From positions 1 to 64,000 of the IMG/VR virus record IMGVR_UViG_3300030109_006070: 64,000 bases of DNA. One strand, written 5' to 3'. The stretch is from a virus. The position numbers were made by a program, and so were the translations under genes. The notes under the pieces were generated by a model that did not search any database, was not told where the DNA came from, and worked only from the letters and a program-made list of their open reading frames with translations. This document shows positions 49,098-58,452 of this stretch, one piece after another (position 1 is the first letter of the stretch; every line of letters begins with the position of its first letter).

Positions 49098-49510
49098 TTG
49101 TAATATCACACAGAGGAAACTTATCTGGCAAAGACCCAGACAACGAAAATAGGCCCGAACAAATTTATAAAGTTTTAAATTTGGGTTACCACTGTGAAGT
49201 AGATATTTGGAAAAAAGACGGAGCTTTCTACTTGGGCCATGATGAACCCATGTATGAAATAGACTCAAATTTATTGAGCAATAAAAATTTGTGGATTCAC
49301 GCTAAAAATCTAGAAGCTTTGCACTCTTTGCCGACAAGCTTAAGATATTTTTGGCATCAAACAGACGACTACACTTTAACATCTGATAATTTTATTTGGA
49401 CTTTCCCCGACAAAGAAATTTGCGAAAGGTCAATCATTGTTGATAATAACAAAAACTGGAAAGATAAAAACTATAAATGTTTAGGTGTTTGCACTGATTG
49501 GGTTTTATGA
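49094..49510 (+). CDS. GDPD/PI-PLC-like phosphodiesterase
   Basis: ISHRGN, EN, EVDIW, LGHD, WIHAKN, GVCTD. Confidence 0.8.
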   Translation: MIVISHRGNLSGKDPDNENRPEQIYKVLNLGYHCEVDIWKKDGAFYLGHDEPMYEIDSNLLSNKNLWIHAKNLEALHSLPTSLRYFWHQTDDYTLTSDNFIWTFPDKEICERSIIVDNNKNWKDKNYKCLGVCTDWVL

Positions 49511-50352
49511 AAAAAATTGTTGTTACGGGAGGAGCGGGATTTGTTGGCTCTCATTTATGTAAAAAATTGGTGGATTTAGGTCATCATGTTACATCAATTG
49601 ATAATTATTCGACAGGATCTTTTAACAATCATGTAACAGGAGCTTTTTATTTTAACCGAGATATTTCTAATATGAAGGAAATTTCGGGACTCTTTGAGAA
49701 TGTAGATGTTGTTTTTCATTTGGCTGCTCTTGCTCGTATACAGCCCTCTTTTCATTTTCCCTCTGAATACTTTCAGTCAAACGTGCAGGGGACTTTTAAT
49801 TTATGTGAAATTTGCAAAAAAAATAATATTTCCATAATTTTTTCAGGTTCTTCCTCCCACCATAGCGGTAAGTTTAAAAATCCTTATACGTTCATGAAAG
49901 ACGTTTCCGAGGAAATGCTGATTTTGTATCATAAAATATATGGCCTAAATCAATCTATCGCTAGATTTTATAATGTTTATGGCCCGAATCACATAGAAGT
50001 CGGTGAATATTCTACAGTTATAGCTAGATGGGATAAAGCTCATAGAGAAAAAAAATCAATTACTATTTATGGGGACGGGAGCAAGGAAAGAGATTTTACT
50101 CATGTCGAAGATATTGTAGAAGGATTAATTAAAATATGGCAAACTCAAAGCTATGGGCACACTTTTGAATTAGGCAGAGGTAGAAAATTTTCTTTAAAGG
50201 AAGTTGCGGAGATGTATAGACCTTCTTTTGGAATTGTATATGAACCAGACAAAAAAGGAGAAGCGCAAAGCGTTCTGTGCGATAGCTCTTTAGCGAAGCA
50301 AATCTTGAACTGGGAACCTAGATTTAATTTAGAAGATTGGATTTTAAAATGA
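49507..50352 (+). CDS. NAD-dependent nucleotide-sugar epimerase/dehydratase
   Basis: TGGAGFVGSHL, FHLAA, PYTFMK, RFYNVYGP, RDFTHV. Confidence 0.92.
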   Translation: MKKIVVTGGAGFVGSHLCKKLVDLGHHVTSIDNYSTGSFNNHVTGAFYFNRDISNMKEISGLFENVDVVFHLAALARIQPSFHFPSEYFQSNVQGTFNLCEICKKNNISIIFSGSSSHHSGKFKNPYTFMKDVSEEMLILYHKIYGLNQSIARFYNVYGPNHIEVGEYSTVIARWDKAHREKKSITIYGDGSKERDFTHVEDIVEGLIKIWQTQSYGHTFELGRGRKFSLKEVAEMYRPSFGIVYEPDKKGEAQSVLCDSSLAKQILNWEPRFNLEDWILK

Positions 50353-51398
50353 AAAAAATTATTATTACAGGAGTAACGGGTCAAGATGGTAGCCTTATGG
50401 CAGACTATCTTTTAAAAAACACAAAACACACAATTATTGGTGGAGCTAGGAGGCTTAGTGTTAAAAATCACAAAAATATCAAACATCTGGAAGACAATGA
50501 AAGATTTTTTCTTATAGACCTCGATGTAACAGACCCTCAAAATACAGACAGGGTTTTGGCTGAACATAAGCCTGATTATTTTATTAATTTTGCGGCCAAC
50601 TCTTTTGTAGGTAGCAGTTGGGAAATGCCGACTCAACACATGCAAACAAATGCGATGGCTGTATTGCATCAGCTAGAGGCCATTCGTAGACACGCTCCGA
50701 AGTGCCGATATTACAACGCTGGTAGCTCTGAAGAGTTTGGTGATGTTGTAGAGTCTCCACAGACAGAATCTCATCCACTGCGCCCTAGAAGCCCATATGG
50801 AGCCTCTAAATGCGCCGCTAGACATTTAGTTAAAGTCTATAGAGATTCTTACAATATTTACGCTGTACAAGGCTTTTTATTTAATCATGAAGGAGTCAGA
50901 AGGGGGGAAGAGTTCGTTACTCGTAAAATTACTAAAAATGTAGCTAGAATTCTCGTAGAGTATGAAACAGGACAAGTTACAAAACCACTAGAATTGGGTA
51001 ATCTTGACTCCAAAAGAGATTGGAGCGATGCAGAAGATTTCGTAAGAGGTATATGGCTGATGCTCAATCAAAACAGAGAAAACGCAAAAGATTATGTTTT
51101 ATCTTCTAATGAAACGCATACAATTAGAGAATTTGTAGAAGAAGCTTTCAACTTTGCTGGTTTTCATAGGAGCATCTGTCGATGGGACGGTGAAGGTTTA
51201 GAAGAAAAATACTTTCATGGTCGTGACCTTCTTGTAGAAATTAATAAAGACTTTTACAGACCAGCGGAAGTTGATTTATTGTGGGGAGACTCTAAAAAAG
51301 CTCGCGAAGAGCTTGGTTGGGAACCTAAAACCTCTTTTGTCCAATTGATCAAAAAAATGATTGACGTAGATGTGGCGGCGGTTTACCCTTACCCGTGA
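50349..51398 (+). CDS. gmd: GDP-mannose 4,6-dehydratase
   Basis: TGVTGQDG, SSEEFG, PRSPYGASK, FNHE..RRGEEFVTRKI, LGNLD.KRDW, YRPAEV. Confidence 0.95.
   Translation: MKKIIITGVTGQDGSLMADYLLKNTKHTIIGGARRLSVKNHKNIKHLEDNERFFLIDLDVTDPQNTDRVLAEHKPDYFINFAANSFVGSSWEMPTQHMQTNAMAVLHQLEAIRRHAPKCRYYNAGSSEEFGDVVESPQTESHPLRPRSPYGASKCAARHLVKVYRDSYNIYAVQGFLFNHEGVRRGEEFVTRKITKNVARILVEYETGQVTKPLELGNLDSKRDWSDAEDFVRGIWLMLNQNRENAKDYVLSSNETHTIREFVEEAFNFAGFHRSICRWDGEGLEEKYFHGRDLLVEINKDFYRPAEVDLLWGDSKKAREELGWEPKTSFVQLIKKMIDVDVAAVYPYP
51361..51389 (+). promoter_or_regulatory. sigma70-type promoter inside the gmd 3' end, leaderless for the 51395 gene
   Basis: TTGACG-N17-TACCCT-N5-GTG. Confidence 0.5.
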
Positions 51399-51742
51399 GC
51401 AAGTCCAAAGGCCCTAATAAAAGAGAAATATTATTTCGCTTACTAGAGGTTCCCGACAAAGGCAGAAGGCCTTTTTTCGCTAGAGAGATGAAGATGCTCA
51501 ACGATTTGTGTGAGCGCTATTCTCAAGAATTTATGGCGATTGTATCTTTTAGCAAGAAGTTTGACTCTTTAGCTTACCTTGTCAGCGACAAGCTTAAAAA
51601 GAGGCTCGACGAAAAATATAGAGCTTTCAATTTTAAAGTTGACTTGTCTAAATATAAGACCTATAATATAGGCAAGAAGGTGGGGGCTGATGGAAATGTT
51701 ACCCGCAAAAATAAAACTATAAAAGATTTTTTAAATGAGTGA
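51395..51742 (+). CDS. basic hypothetical protein heading the replication operon
   Basis: 115-aa ORF with GTGA overlap. Confidence 0.7.
   Translation: MSKSKGPNKREILFRLLEVPDKGRRPFFAREMKMLNDLCERYSQEFMAIVSFSKKFDSLAYLVSDKLKKRLDEKYRAFNFKVDLSKYKTYNIGKKVGADGNVTRKNKTIKDFLNE
51639..51667 (+). promoter_or_regulatory. sigma70 promoter upstream of recA
   Basis: TTGACT-N17-TATAAT. Confidence 0.7.
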
Positions 51743-52844
51743 AGGACCACAACCAAACGATATTCTAGGTAATTTTTTGAAATCAAATAAAACGGATCAT
51801 TACAATTTTGAGAAAGAGGTTGATTACAAAGTTTCTAGCGGCTCTTTGCAGTTCGACTTAAACATGAACGGAGGTTTTGGGCCTGGGTTACATCGTTTCA
51901 CTGGCCTTACAGAAGGGGGCAAAACTTCTGAAGCTTTAGAGGTTATGAAAAATTTTCTAAACACCGTGGAAAAACCGAGGGGCTTATATATCAAAGCTGA
52001 AGGAAGGCTCTCTCCAGAGGTAAGAAAGAGATCAGGTGTAAAGTTTGTGTGGTCAGCAGACGAATGGGTAGACGGCACTTGTTTTGTTTTAGAGACAAAT
52101 ATTTATGAAACAGCAATGACCTGCATCAAACAACTAATAGATGATGTAAAAAACCCACAAAAATATTGTTTTATATTAGACTCTGTTGATGGTTTAACAG
52201 CCAAAAATGACACCGCTAAAGGTTTTGATGAGTTTGCTAAAATAGCTTCTGGAGCTTCTATCGCGGCTAGATGGTGTGCTCAAACCAGTATCGCTTTGGG
52301 CAAAAGAGGCCATATGGCGATATTTATCAGTCAAGTTAGATCGCAAATGAAAGATAAGTATTCTAAAGAGCCTGATAATGTAGGGCTGGCTACAGGAGGA
52401 TATGCTTTACAGCATTACGCTAATACTTGTATTCAATTTCAACCTAGAATTAAAGCAGATTTGATTCTGCAAAACCCTAGTTTGAAAGCTATCGATGAGA
52501 AAAAAAACCCTATCATTGGACACTTCGCGAAAGTGTTGATAGCTAAATCTCCTAATGAAAAATCAAATGTAAGATTATCTTATCCTGTAAGATATAACAG
52601 ATCGGGAGGCAATTCCATCTGGATTGAAAAAGAAATTGTGGACTTGTTATACGCTTGGGAGTTTGTGGAAAAGAAAGGGTCTTGGATTAAACCTACTGAA
52701 GATTTTCTAGACCTGTTAAAAGAAAACAAATTAGACTTTCCAGAACAAATACAGGGTGATAATAATCTTTTTAAAGTTCTTGATGAAAACCGTGATCTTT
52801 GTGATTTTTTGATGAAGTATTTCAAAGAGCAAATTGCAGCATGA
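51735..52844 (+). CDS. recA: RecA/UvsX-like recombinase
   Basis: SSGSLQFDL..NGG, GLTEGGKT, ILDSV, FISQVR, TGGYALQHYA, KKGSW. Confidence 0.88.
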   Translation: MSEGPQPNDILGNFLKSNKTDHYNFEKEVDYKVSSGSLQFDLNMNGGFGPGLHRFTGLTEGGKTSEALEVMKNFLNTVEKPRGLYIKAEGRLSPEVRKRSGVKFVWSADEWVDGTCFVLETNIYETAMTCIKQLIDDVKNPQKYCFILDSVDGLTAKNDTAKGFDEFAKIASGASIAARWCAQTSIALGKRGHMAIFISQVRSQMKDKYSKEPDNVGLATGGYALQHYANTCIQFQPRIKADLILQNPSLKAIDEKKNPIIGHFAKVLIAKSPNEKSNVRLSYPVRYNRSGGNSIWIEKEIVDLLYAWEFVEKKGSWIKPTEDFLDLLKENKLDFPEQIQGDNNLFKVLDENRDLCDFLMKYFKEQIAA

Positions 52845-53248
52845 AGTTTATTGATCGATATGGAAAAGAAAGAAATCTCAAAAACGCAAAGAAATATTTA
52901 ATTGATTGGGACAAGCCCAGTAGGAGCAAGTTCCAAACAAACGTAAAAAAATTCCTGCGATTATATTGGGAGAATGATATTGTGTTTGAAGAGTTTAGAG
53001 TTGTCGGCAGCAGATTGACTTTGGATTTCTACAATGCTAATAAAAAAATAGCCGTGGAAGTTCAAGGCGCTCAACATACTAAATTCGTTAAACACTTTCA
53101 TAAAAATCATTTTAAATATGCCGATCAACTCAAAAGAGACGAGCAAAAATTAAATTTCTGCCAAGCAAACAAAATACAACTAGCTGAAGTTTATCCACAA
53201 GACGAAATACAAGCATCTTTATTTAGCGAACAAGATATTTATTTATGA
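52841..53248 (+). CDS. Vsr/DUF559-like endonuclease
   Basis: LDFYN..KIAVEVQGAQH, RDEQK. Confidence 0.8.
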   Translation: MKFIDRYGKERNLKNAKKYLIDWDKPSRSKFQTNVKKFLRLYWENDIVFEEFRVVGSRLTLDFYNANKKIAVEVQGAQHTKFVKHFHKNHFKYADQLKRDEQKLNFCQANKIQLAEVYPQDEIQASLFSEQDIYL

Positions 53249-53487
53249 ATTTACCAGAAGGAAGTGAAGAGGGGGAATTTTGTATCCCTACAGAAATGGT
53301 TGATAAGCTTTATGAATTATCTGGAGGAGCTGATAAATATAAAGGTGTGATTATGGCTGTGTCTTCTGAAAATGGTAAGCCACTTATCTATTGTAAATTT
53401 GACTGCGGTATGACAGAGTTTGCCTTAACAAAAGCTTTAGAAAATCATTTCACCCAACCATCTACCGAGTTACCAGATCCAGAATAA
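53245..53487 (+). CDS. small acidic hypothetical protein
   Basis: 80-aa ORF coupled to both neighbours. Confidence 0.7.
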   Translation: MNLPEGSEEGEFCIPTEMVDKLYELSGGADKYKGVIMAVSSENGKPLIYCKFDCGMTEFALTKALENHFTQPSTELPDPE

Positions 53488-55004
53488 TGATATATAATTT
53501 TGAATTAGAAAAACAGTTATTAGCTGGACTACTTAAAGAGCCAGAAAGTCTTGCGGAAATTTCTAATTTTATTAGCAATTCTGATTTTTACTCTAAGCAA
53601 AGCTCTCTGCACTCTGCTATTTTTAGAATAATCCAACAAGCCATTGATGCTGGCGACGAAATTGACGAAATCATTATCGCTCAACGAGTGAACGATGTCG
53701 GGCTATCTTTTGAGGACAATCTTAATCCTTCAGATTACATTAAGTCTTTATCTTTAAGAAAAGTTCCCAAAGGTAATATATTAAAAACAGCTAAAGAGCT
53801 TAAGAAATACAGCATAAGGAGAGAAATTTTAGAATCTTCTCAAGAGATAGCGAAGAAGATGAAAAGTATTTCTCCTGAATCTTCATATAGGGATATCATC
53901 GAAGTCGCTGATAATGTTTATAATTCTCGTATTAACCTTTATGAAATAGGAAACGATACTCCAGAGAATATTTATGAAGAAATGGAGGCTCTCGTCGAAG
54001 AGCGCGGCGATAATCCTGTAACAGAATTCGGGATGATGGGGCCGCATCCAAAAGTTAATGATATTTATGGATCTCTTCTTAGGGCTGGAAACATCACGGT
54101 TATTGTAGCTCGTTCGGGAGTGGGCAAAACACAGTTTTGCATGGATTACTCGACTAAGGTCAGCTTGCAGTATGATGTGCCTGTTTTACATTTTGATAAT
54201 GGCGAGATGAGTAAAGAAGAACTTATAATGAGACAGTGCGCGGCTCTATCAGGCGTTCCTATGCACTTGTTGGAAAGCGGTAAATGGAGACAAGCTGGAG
54301 AAAATGTGGTCGATAAAGTAAGATCTGTATGGCCAAAGATAAAAAATCTAAAGTTTTATTATTATAATGTAGGAGGCATGGATGTTGATTCTATGGTAAA
54401 TACTTTGAAAAGATTTTACTATGCGAAAGTAGGCAGGGGGAATCAAATGGTTTTTTCTTTTGATTATATTAAGACTACATCGGAAAACATCTCCAACAAA
54501 TCAGAGTGGCAAGTAGTCGGAGAAATGGTGGATAAATTTAAAAAGTGTGTTCAAAAAGAAATCCTTCATGACGGCAATCCAGTGATACCTATGATCACAT
54601 CTGTTCAATCTAACAGATATGGTATCACAACAAACAGAAACTCTGAAAACATAGTGGACGATGAATCTATTGTTTCATTGTCAGATAGAATCACTCAATT
54701 CTGCTCTCATATGTTTATTTTGCGGAGTAAAACTGCTGATGAAATGGAGACAGAAGGCGGGAGGTTTGGCACTCATAAGCTTATTAATGTGAAAGCTCGT
54801 CACTTAGGTAGCGACATCGCGGGTGCAGTTGAGCCAGTAAGAATAGGAGATTCTTTAAGAAAAAATGCTATTAATTTAGATTTTAATAATTTTAATATTA
54901 CAGAACGCGGAGATCTTAGAGATATTGCTCGCGTTCTAGATGGTCACGAAGAGTTAGATAATGATGGAGTCCAAGAAACAATCCCAGACTTTGATCAATT
55001 CTGA
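53487..55004 (+). CDS. dnaB: replicative helicase
   Basis: N-terminal E..LLA.LL, ARSGVGKT, GEMSKEEL, FDYI, VQSNR, KAR. Confidence 0.92.
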   Translation: MIYNFELEKQLLAGLLKEPESLAEISNFISNSDFYSKQSSLHSAIFRIIQQAIDAGDEIDEIIIAQRVNDVGLSFEDNLNPSDYIKSLSLRKVPKGNILKTAKELKKYSIRREILESSQEIAKKMKSISPESSYRDIIEVADNVYNSRINLYEIGNDTPENIYEEMEALVEERGDNPVTEFGMMGPHPKVNDIYGSLLRAGNITVIVARSGVGKTQFCMDYSTKVSLQYDVPVLHFDNGEMSKEELIMRQCAALSGVPMHLLESGKWRQAGENVVDKVRSVWPKIKNLKFYYYNVGGMDVDSMVNTLKRFYYAKVGRGNQMVFSFDYIKTTSENISNKSEWQVVGEMVDKFKKCVQKEILHDGNPVIPMITSVQSNRYGITTNRNSENIVDDESIVSLSDRITQFCSHMFILRSKTADEMETEGGRFGTHKLINVKARHLGSDIAGAVEPVRIGDSLRKNAINLDFNNFNITERGDLRDIARVLDGHEELDNDGVQETIPDFDQF

Positions 55005-56031
55005 AGACTTCCAAGGAATCTTGGAGTCGATAGGTTATAGCCTTATAGATTGCGGGGATCATTGGAGAACTCAAGCTTTGTATAGAGACGGAGATAACAA
55101 CACTGCGGTTAAGATATACAAAAACACTGGGGTTTGGATGGATTTTGTGGAAAACAAAGGCTCTAAACCTTTTGAAGCTTTAATACGCCTGACCCTTAAA
55201 GATCAAAAACAAATAGAAGAAATTTTAGCCAATTCTTCCACAAACACAGTAACTACTTATTGCCCTAACGAAAAAATTCAAATGGAGAAAATTTACCCAA
55301 ACTCTTCTTTAGAGAAATTATTCCCTAACTATAACTTTTATAAGAAAAGAAACATTTCGGAAAAAACCCAAAAAACTTTTGAAGTAGGTTTAGCGGGAGT
55401 GGGAAAGATGTATAGAAGAATGGTTTTCCCTGTGTATAATGAACATGACCAAATTATCGGCTTTTCAGGAAGGAAAGTTGATGACAATAATGATTATCCT
55501 AAATGGAAACATATAGGTAAGCGTAACAATTGGGTTTATCCAGCTTTTAATAAAAATACTGGCGTAGATGAAGAAATTAATTTAAAAAAAGAAGTAATTT
55601 TAGTAGAAAGTATAGGTGATGCATTGGCTCTTTACGAACAAAATATCAAGAATGTTCTTGTCATTTTTGGCTTATCTGTCAATAATAACATTATTAATTA
55701 TCTTAGTGGTAGGTCTATCACTCATATATATATTTCAACAAATAATGATGAGAATAGTGGGTACAATAGAGGGTTTATTGCAGCGTTAAAGAGTTTCTTG
55801 AAACTCTCTAATTACTTTGATCTTAATGCTTTAAGTGTAAAATTTCCCCCAAAGGCGTATAATGATTTTGGTGATGCTCATTTAGATGATTGTGACATTA
55901 AGAAATATTGGTGTGAAAAATCAATAGATCAAGATGCACAGCTAAAATTTATTTGCGATTTTGTTAAAAACAACTCTTCAAGTTTCACTAAAAAAGAAAT
56001 AAAGACCGCTTTATTACTTAGTGATGACTGA
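54961..56031 (+). CDS. dnaG: DnaG-type primase (degenerate zinc-binding domain)
   Basis: RMVFPV, IGFSGR, PKW, LVESIGDAL TOPRIM, NND. Confidence 0.85.
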   Translation: MMESKKQSQTLINSEDFQGILESIGYSLIDCGDHWRTQALYRDGDNNTAVKIYKNTGVWMDFVENKGSKPFEALIRLTLKDQKQIEEILANSSTNTVTTYCPNEKIQMEKIYPNSSLEKLFPNYNFYKKRNISEKTQKTFEVGLAGVGKMYRRMVFPVYNEHDQIIGFSGRKVDDNNDYPKWKHIGKRNNWVYPAFNKNTGVDEEINLKKEVILVESIGDALALYEQNIKNVLVIFGLSVNNNIINYLSGRSITHIYISTNNDENSGYNRGFIAALKSFLKLSNYFDLNALSVKFPPKAYNDFGDAHLDDCDIKKYWCEKSIDQDAQLKFICDFVKNNSSSFTKKEIKTALLLSDD

Positions 56032-57049
56032 TCCTCAAACACCTTTATCTGCGAGTAGAATTAAGACAGCGCAATCGTGCTCTTGGTTGTATTGGTGCAA
56101 ATATAAGCTCGGTCTCCCCGAAAAAGGAAATGATGGCGCTCGCAGAGGATCAATATGTCACCTCATCTTTGAAGTTCTCGGAGTTAAAAAGAGAAAAAAA
56201 TATTTTAATAAAATTATAAAGACTCAAGATGTCTTTTGTATTCCGTCTATTAAAAGGTTAATTTTAAAACATGCGGTAAGAGAAGGTATTGATGACCATG
56301 ACAACGTAGAGCTAATGAAAGATATGATCTTCAACGGCTTGTCTTATGATTTTTTTGGAGGAGACTCATCCAAGCCTACAAAAGAATACTCTGAAAAAGA
56401 TTTTGAGATAGTCAAAAACGATGGAGATGTAAGATACAAAATAAGAGGTTTCATAGATAAGCTTTTCTTGTATAAAAGCGAAAAATTTGCTCTTATAAGA
56501 GATTTTAAAACAAGCAAAGACGTTTTTAAAGGTAAAGATCAAACGGATAATCTGCAAGATTTGATGTATAGTTTGGCAGTGCAAAAACTTTTCCCAGATT
56601 ACTCTAATAGAATAAGTGAGTTTTTATTTTTAAAGTTCGATTTAGACCTTGATGCTTCTAAATCTGGGATTGTTAGAATGAAACCTTTAGACCCTGACGA
56701 GTTAAAAGGTTTTGAACTACAACTTTCAGAAATACAAAAGTATTTAGATAATTTTTCAGAGAGAGACGCTAAATATAATTTTGCCGCTTACCAAAGCTTC
56801 CCTAAAGATGGATCTTTTAGCGGTAAGCTCCTTTGTGGTTTCGCTACTCAAAAAGGAGAATTAAAAAAAGACGGCTCCCCTAAGTGGCACTGTCCTATGA
56901 AGTTTGATTTCTTTTACTACGAAGTTTATGACGCAGAAGGAAAGACTTTGAAAAGTTATTTTGAAGAGGATTTTTCAGAAAGCTTTGTCCCCGATGGAGG
57001 ATCATATGAGATGAGATATTATCAAGGCTGTCCCGCACATTCTTCTTGA
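56021..57049 (+). CDS. PD-(D/E)XK RecB/Cas4-like exonuclease
   Basis: SASRI...C, GSICH, RGFIDK, DFKTSK, QDLMY; Cys residues at both ends. Confidence 0.85.
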   Translation: MMTDPQTPLSASRIKTAQSCSWLYWCKYKLGLPEKGNDGARRGSICHLIFEVLGVKKRKKYFNKIIKTQDVFCIPSIKRLILKHAVREGIDDHDNVELMKDMIFNGLSYDFFGGDSSKPTKEYSEKDFEIVKNDGDVRYKIRGFIDKLFLYKSEKFALIRDFKTSKDVFKGKDQTDNLQDLMYSLAVQKLFPDYSNRISEFLFLKFDLDLDASKSGIVRMKPLDPDELKGFELQLSEIQKYLDNFSERDAKYNFAAYQSFPKDGSFSGKLLCGFATQKGELKKDGSPKWHCPMKFDFFYYEVYDAEGKTLKSYFEEDFSESFVPDGGSYEMRYYQGCPAHSS

Positions 57050-57073
57050 CCTTTTTGGTAAGTGCTCTACAGT
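57046..57073 (+). promoter_or_regulatory. sigma70 promoter, leaderless for the PHP gene
   Basis: TTGACC-N16-TACAGT-N7-ATG. Confidence 0.6.
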
Positions 57074-57080
57074 ATTATTA

Positions 57081-57839
57081 ATGATACCTGTATTCAAATC
57101 CACCTACTCAATAGGGAAGAGTATATTGACTCTTGATGATAGTGAGAAAGAAGGTGGTCCAGATAGTATTTTTGCGATTTGCGAAGAGAACGACATTAAG
57201 TCACTGGTTCTTGTTGAAGATTCAATGACTGGCTTTGTCACAGCTCATAACAAATGCAAAGAGAAGGGGATGGATTTAGTTTTTGGTTTAAGATTGATTT
57301 GTTGCAACGATATCTCTCAAGATGATAATTCAGATCACAAAATTGTTATTTTCGCAAACGATGATGATGGCTGTAGGCTGCTATACAAAATCTACTCTCA
57401 CGCTCACACAGGTAATGGCAAAGTAGATTTTAAGTTTTTGAATTCGGTGTGGGATGACAGCGTAAAATTAATCATACCGTTTTACGATTCTTTTATCTTC
57501 AACAATAATTTTCACTTGAGAAAATGTGTTCCTGACTTCAACAATATAAATCCTACATTTTGGGTCGAAGATAACGGATTACCTTTTGATCAGCTTTTAA
57601 AAGAGAAAGTCCTGAAGTTCGCTCAAGGCAATCTTTTTACAGAAAATAGACCGATAAGAAAAGTTAAAAGCATTTTTTATAAGAATAGGGAGGATGTCGA
57701 GGCTTTACAAACATATAAAATCCTTTGCAATAGAAACTTTGGAAGAGTTGCAACTTTAAGCTGTCCTAATTTAAACCATTTCGGCAGTAATGAATTTTGC
57801 TTTGAATCATATTTAGAAAATGAACGAACCACTGCTTAG
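57081..57839 (+). CDS. stand-alone PHP domain of DNA polymerase III alpha (metal ligands degenerate)
   Basis: KSTYSIGKS, LVEDSM.GF, FGLRL, IFANDDDGC..L.KI.S resemble the DnaE N-terminus. Confidence 0.8.
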   Translation: MIPVFKSTYSIGKSILTLDDSEKEGGPDSIFAICEENDIKSLVLVEDSMTGFVTAHNKCKEKGMDLVFGLRLICCNDISQDDNSDHKIVIFANDDDGCRLLYKIYSHAHTGNGKVDFKFLNSVWDDSVKLIIPFYDSFIFNNNFHLRKCVPDFNNINPTFWVEDNGLPFDQLLKEKVLKFAQGNLFTENRPIRKVKSIFYKNREDVEALQTYKILCNRNFGRVATLSCPNLNHFGSNEFCFESYLENERTTA

Positions 57840-58452
57840 ATTTAACAAAAAACAAAGATATATAGTCTTTGACACAGAAACTGAAGGATTGAATTTAATT
57901 ACCTCTAGGCCTTGGCAGGTCGCTTGGCTAGTGGTTGAGGGCGATAAAATTGTGGCTCGGAATGATATGTTCATTCATTGGCCTAATCTTAATGTTTCAG
58001 AGGGAGCCGCTAAAGTGACAGGGTTTTCCACAAAAGAATACAATAAGAAATGCAAGGCTCCAAATCAAGTATGGGAAGAATTTTCTAAAGATCTTTATGA
58101 TGAAAATAACTTGATCGTCGGACAAAATTTATTAGGTTTTGATGTTTACATGGTAAATATTTGGAGAAAGTTGATGGGTAAAAAGCCTGACTATTCATTT
58201 GTTTCTAGGATTATAGATACAAAATCTTTAGCTACCGCCATTGCAAAAAAAATTCCTGTAGACAAGGATGATTTTATTGGGTGGCAATACAGACTTTTAA
58301 ACCACAAAGAAAGAGGTCTTAAAACCTCACAAGCGACACTTTTGAAGAACTATAATATCGATCACGATCCCAAAAGATTGCATGATGCGCTGTATGACAT
58401 TGAAATGAACTTCAAAGTTTTTCGTAAACAACTTTTTGATTTAGAGATATGA
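57820..58452 (+). CDS. DEDDh 3'-5' exonuclease (DnaQ-like)
   Basis: FDTETEG, GQN..GFD, IDT, HDALYD. Confidence 0.92.
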   Translation: MNEPLLRFNKKQRYIVFDTETEGLNLITSRPWQVAWLVVEGDKIVARNDMFIHWPNLNVSEGAAKVTGFSTKEYNKKCKAPNQVWEEFSKDLYDENNLIVGQNLLGFDVYMVNIWRKLMGKKPDYSFVSRIIDTKSLATAIAKKIPVDKDDFIGWQYRLLNHKERGLKTSQATLLKNYNIDHDPKRLHDALYDIEMNFKVFRKQLFDLEI

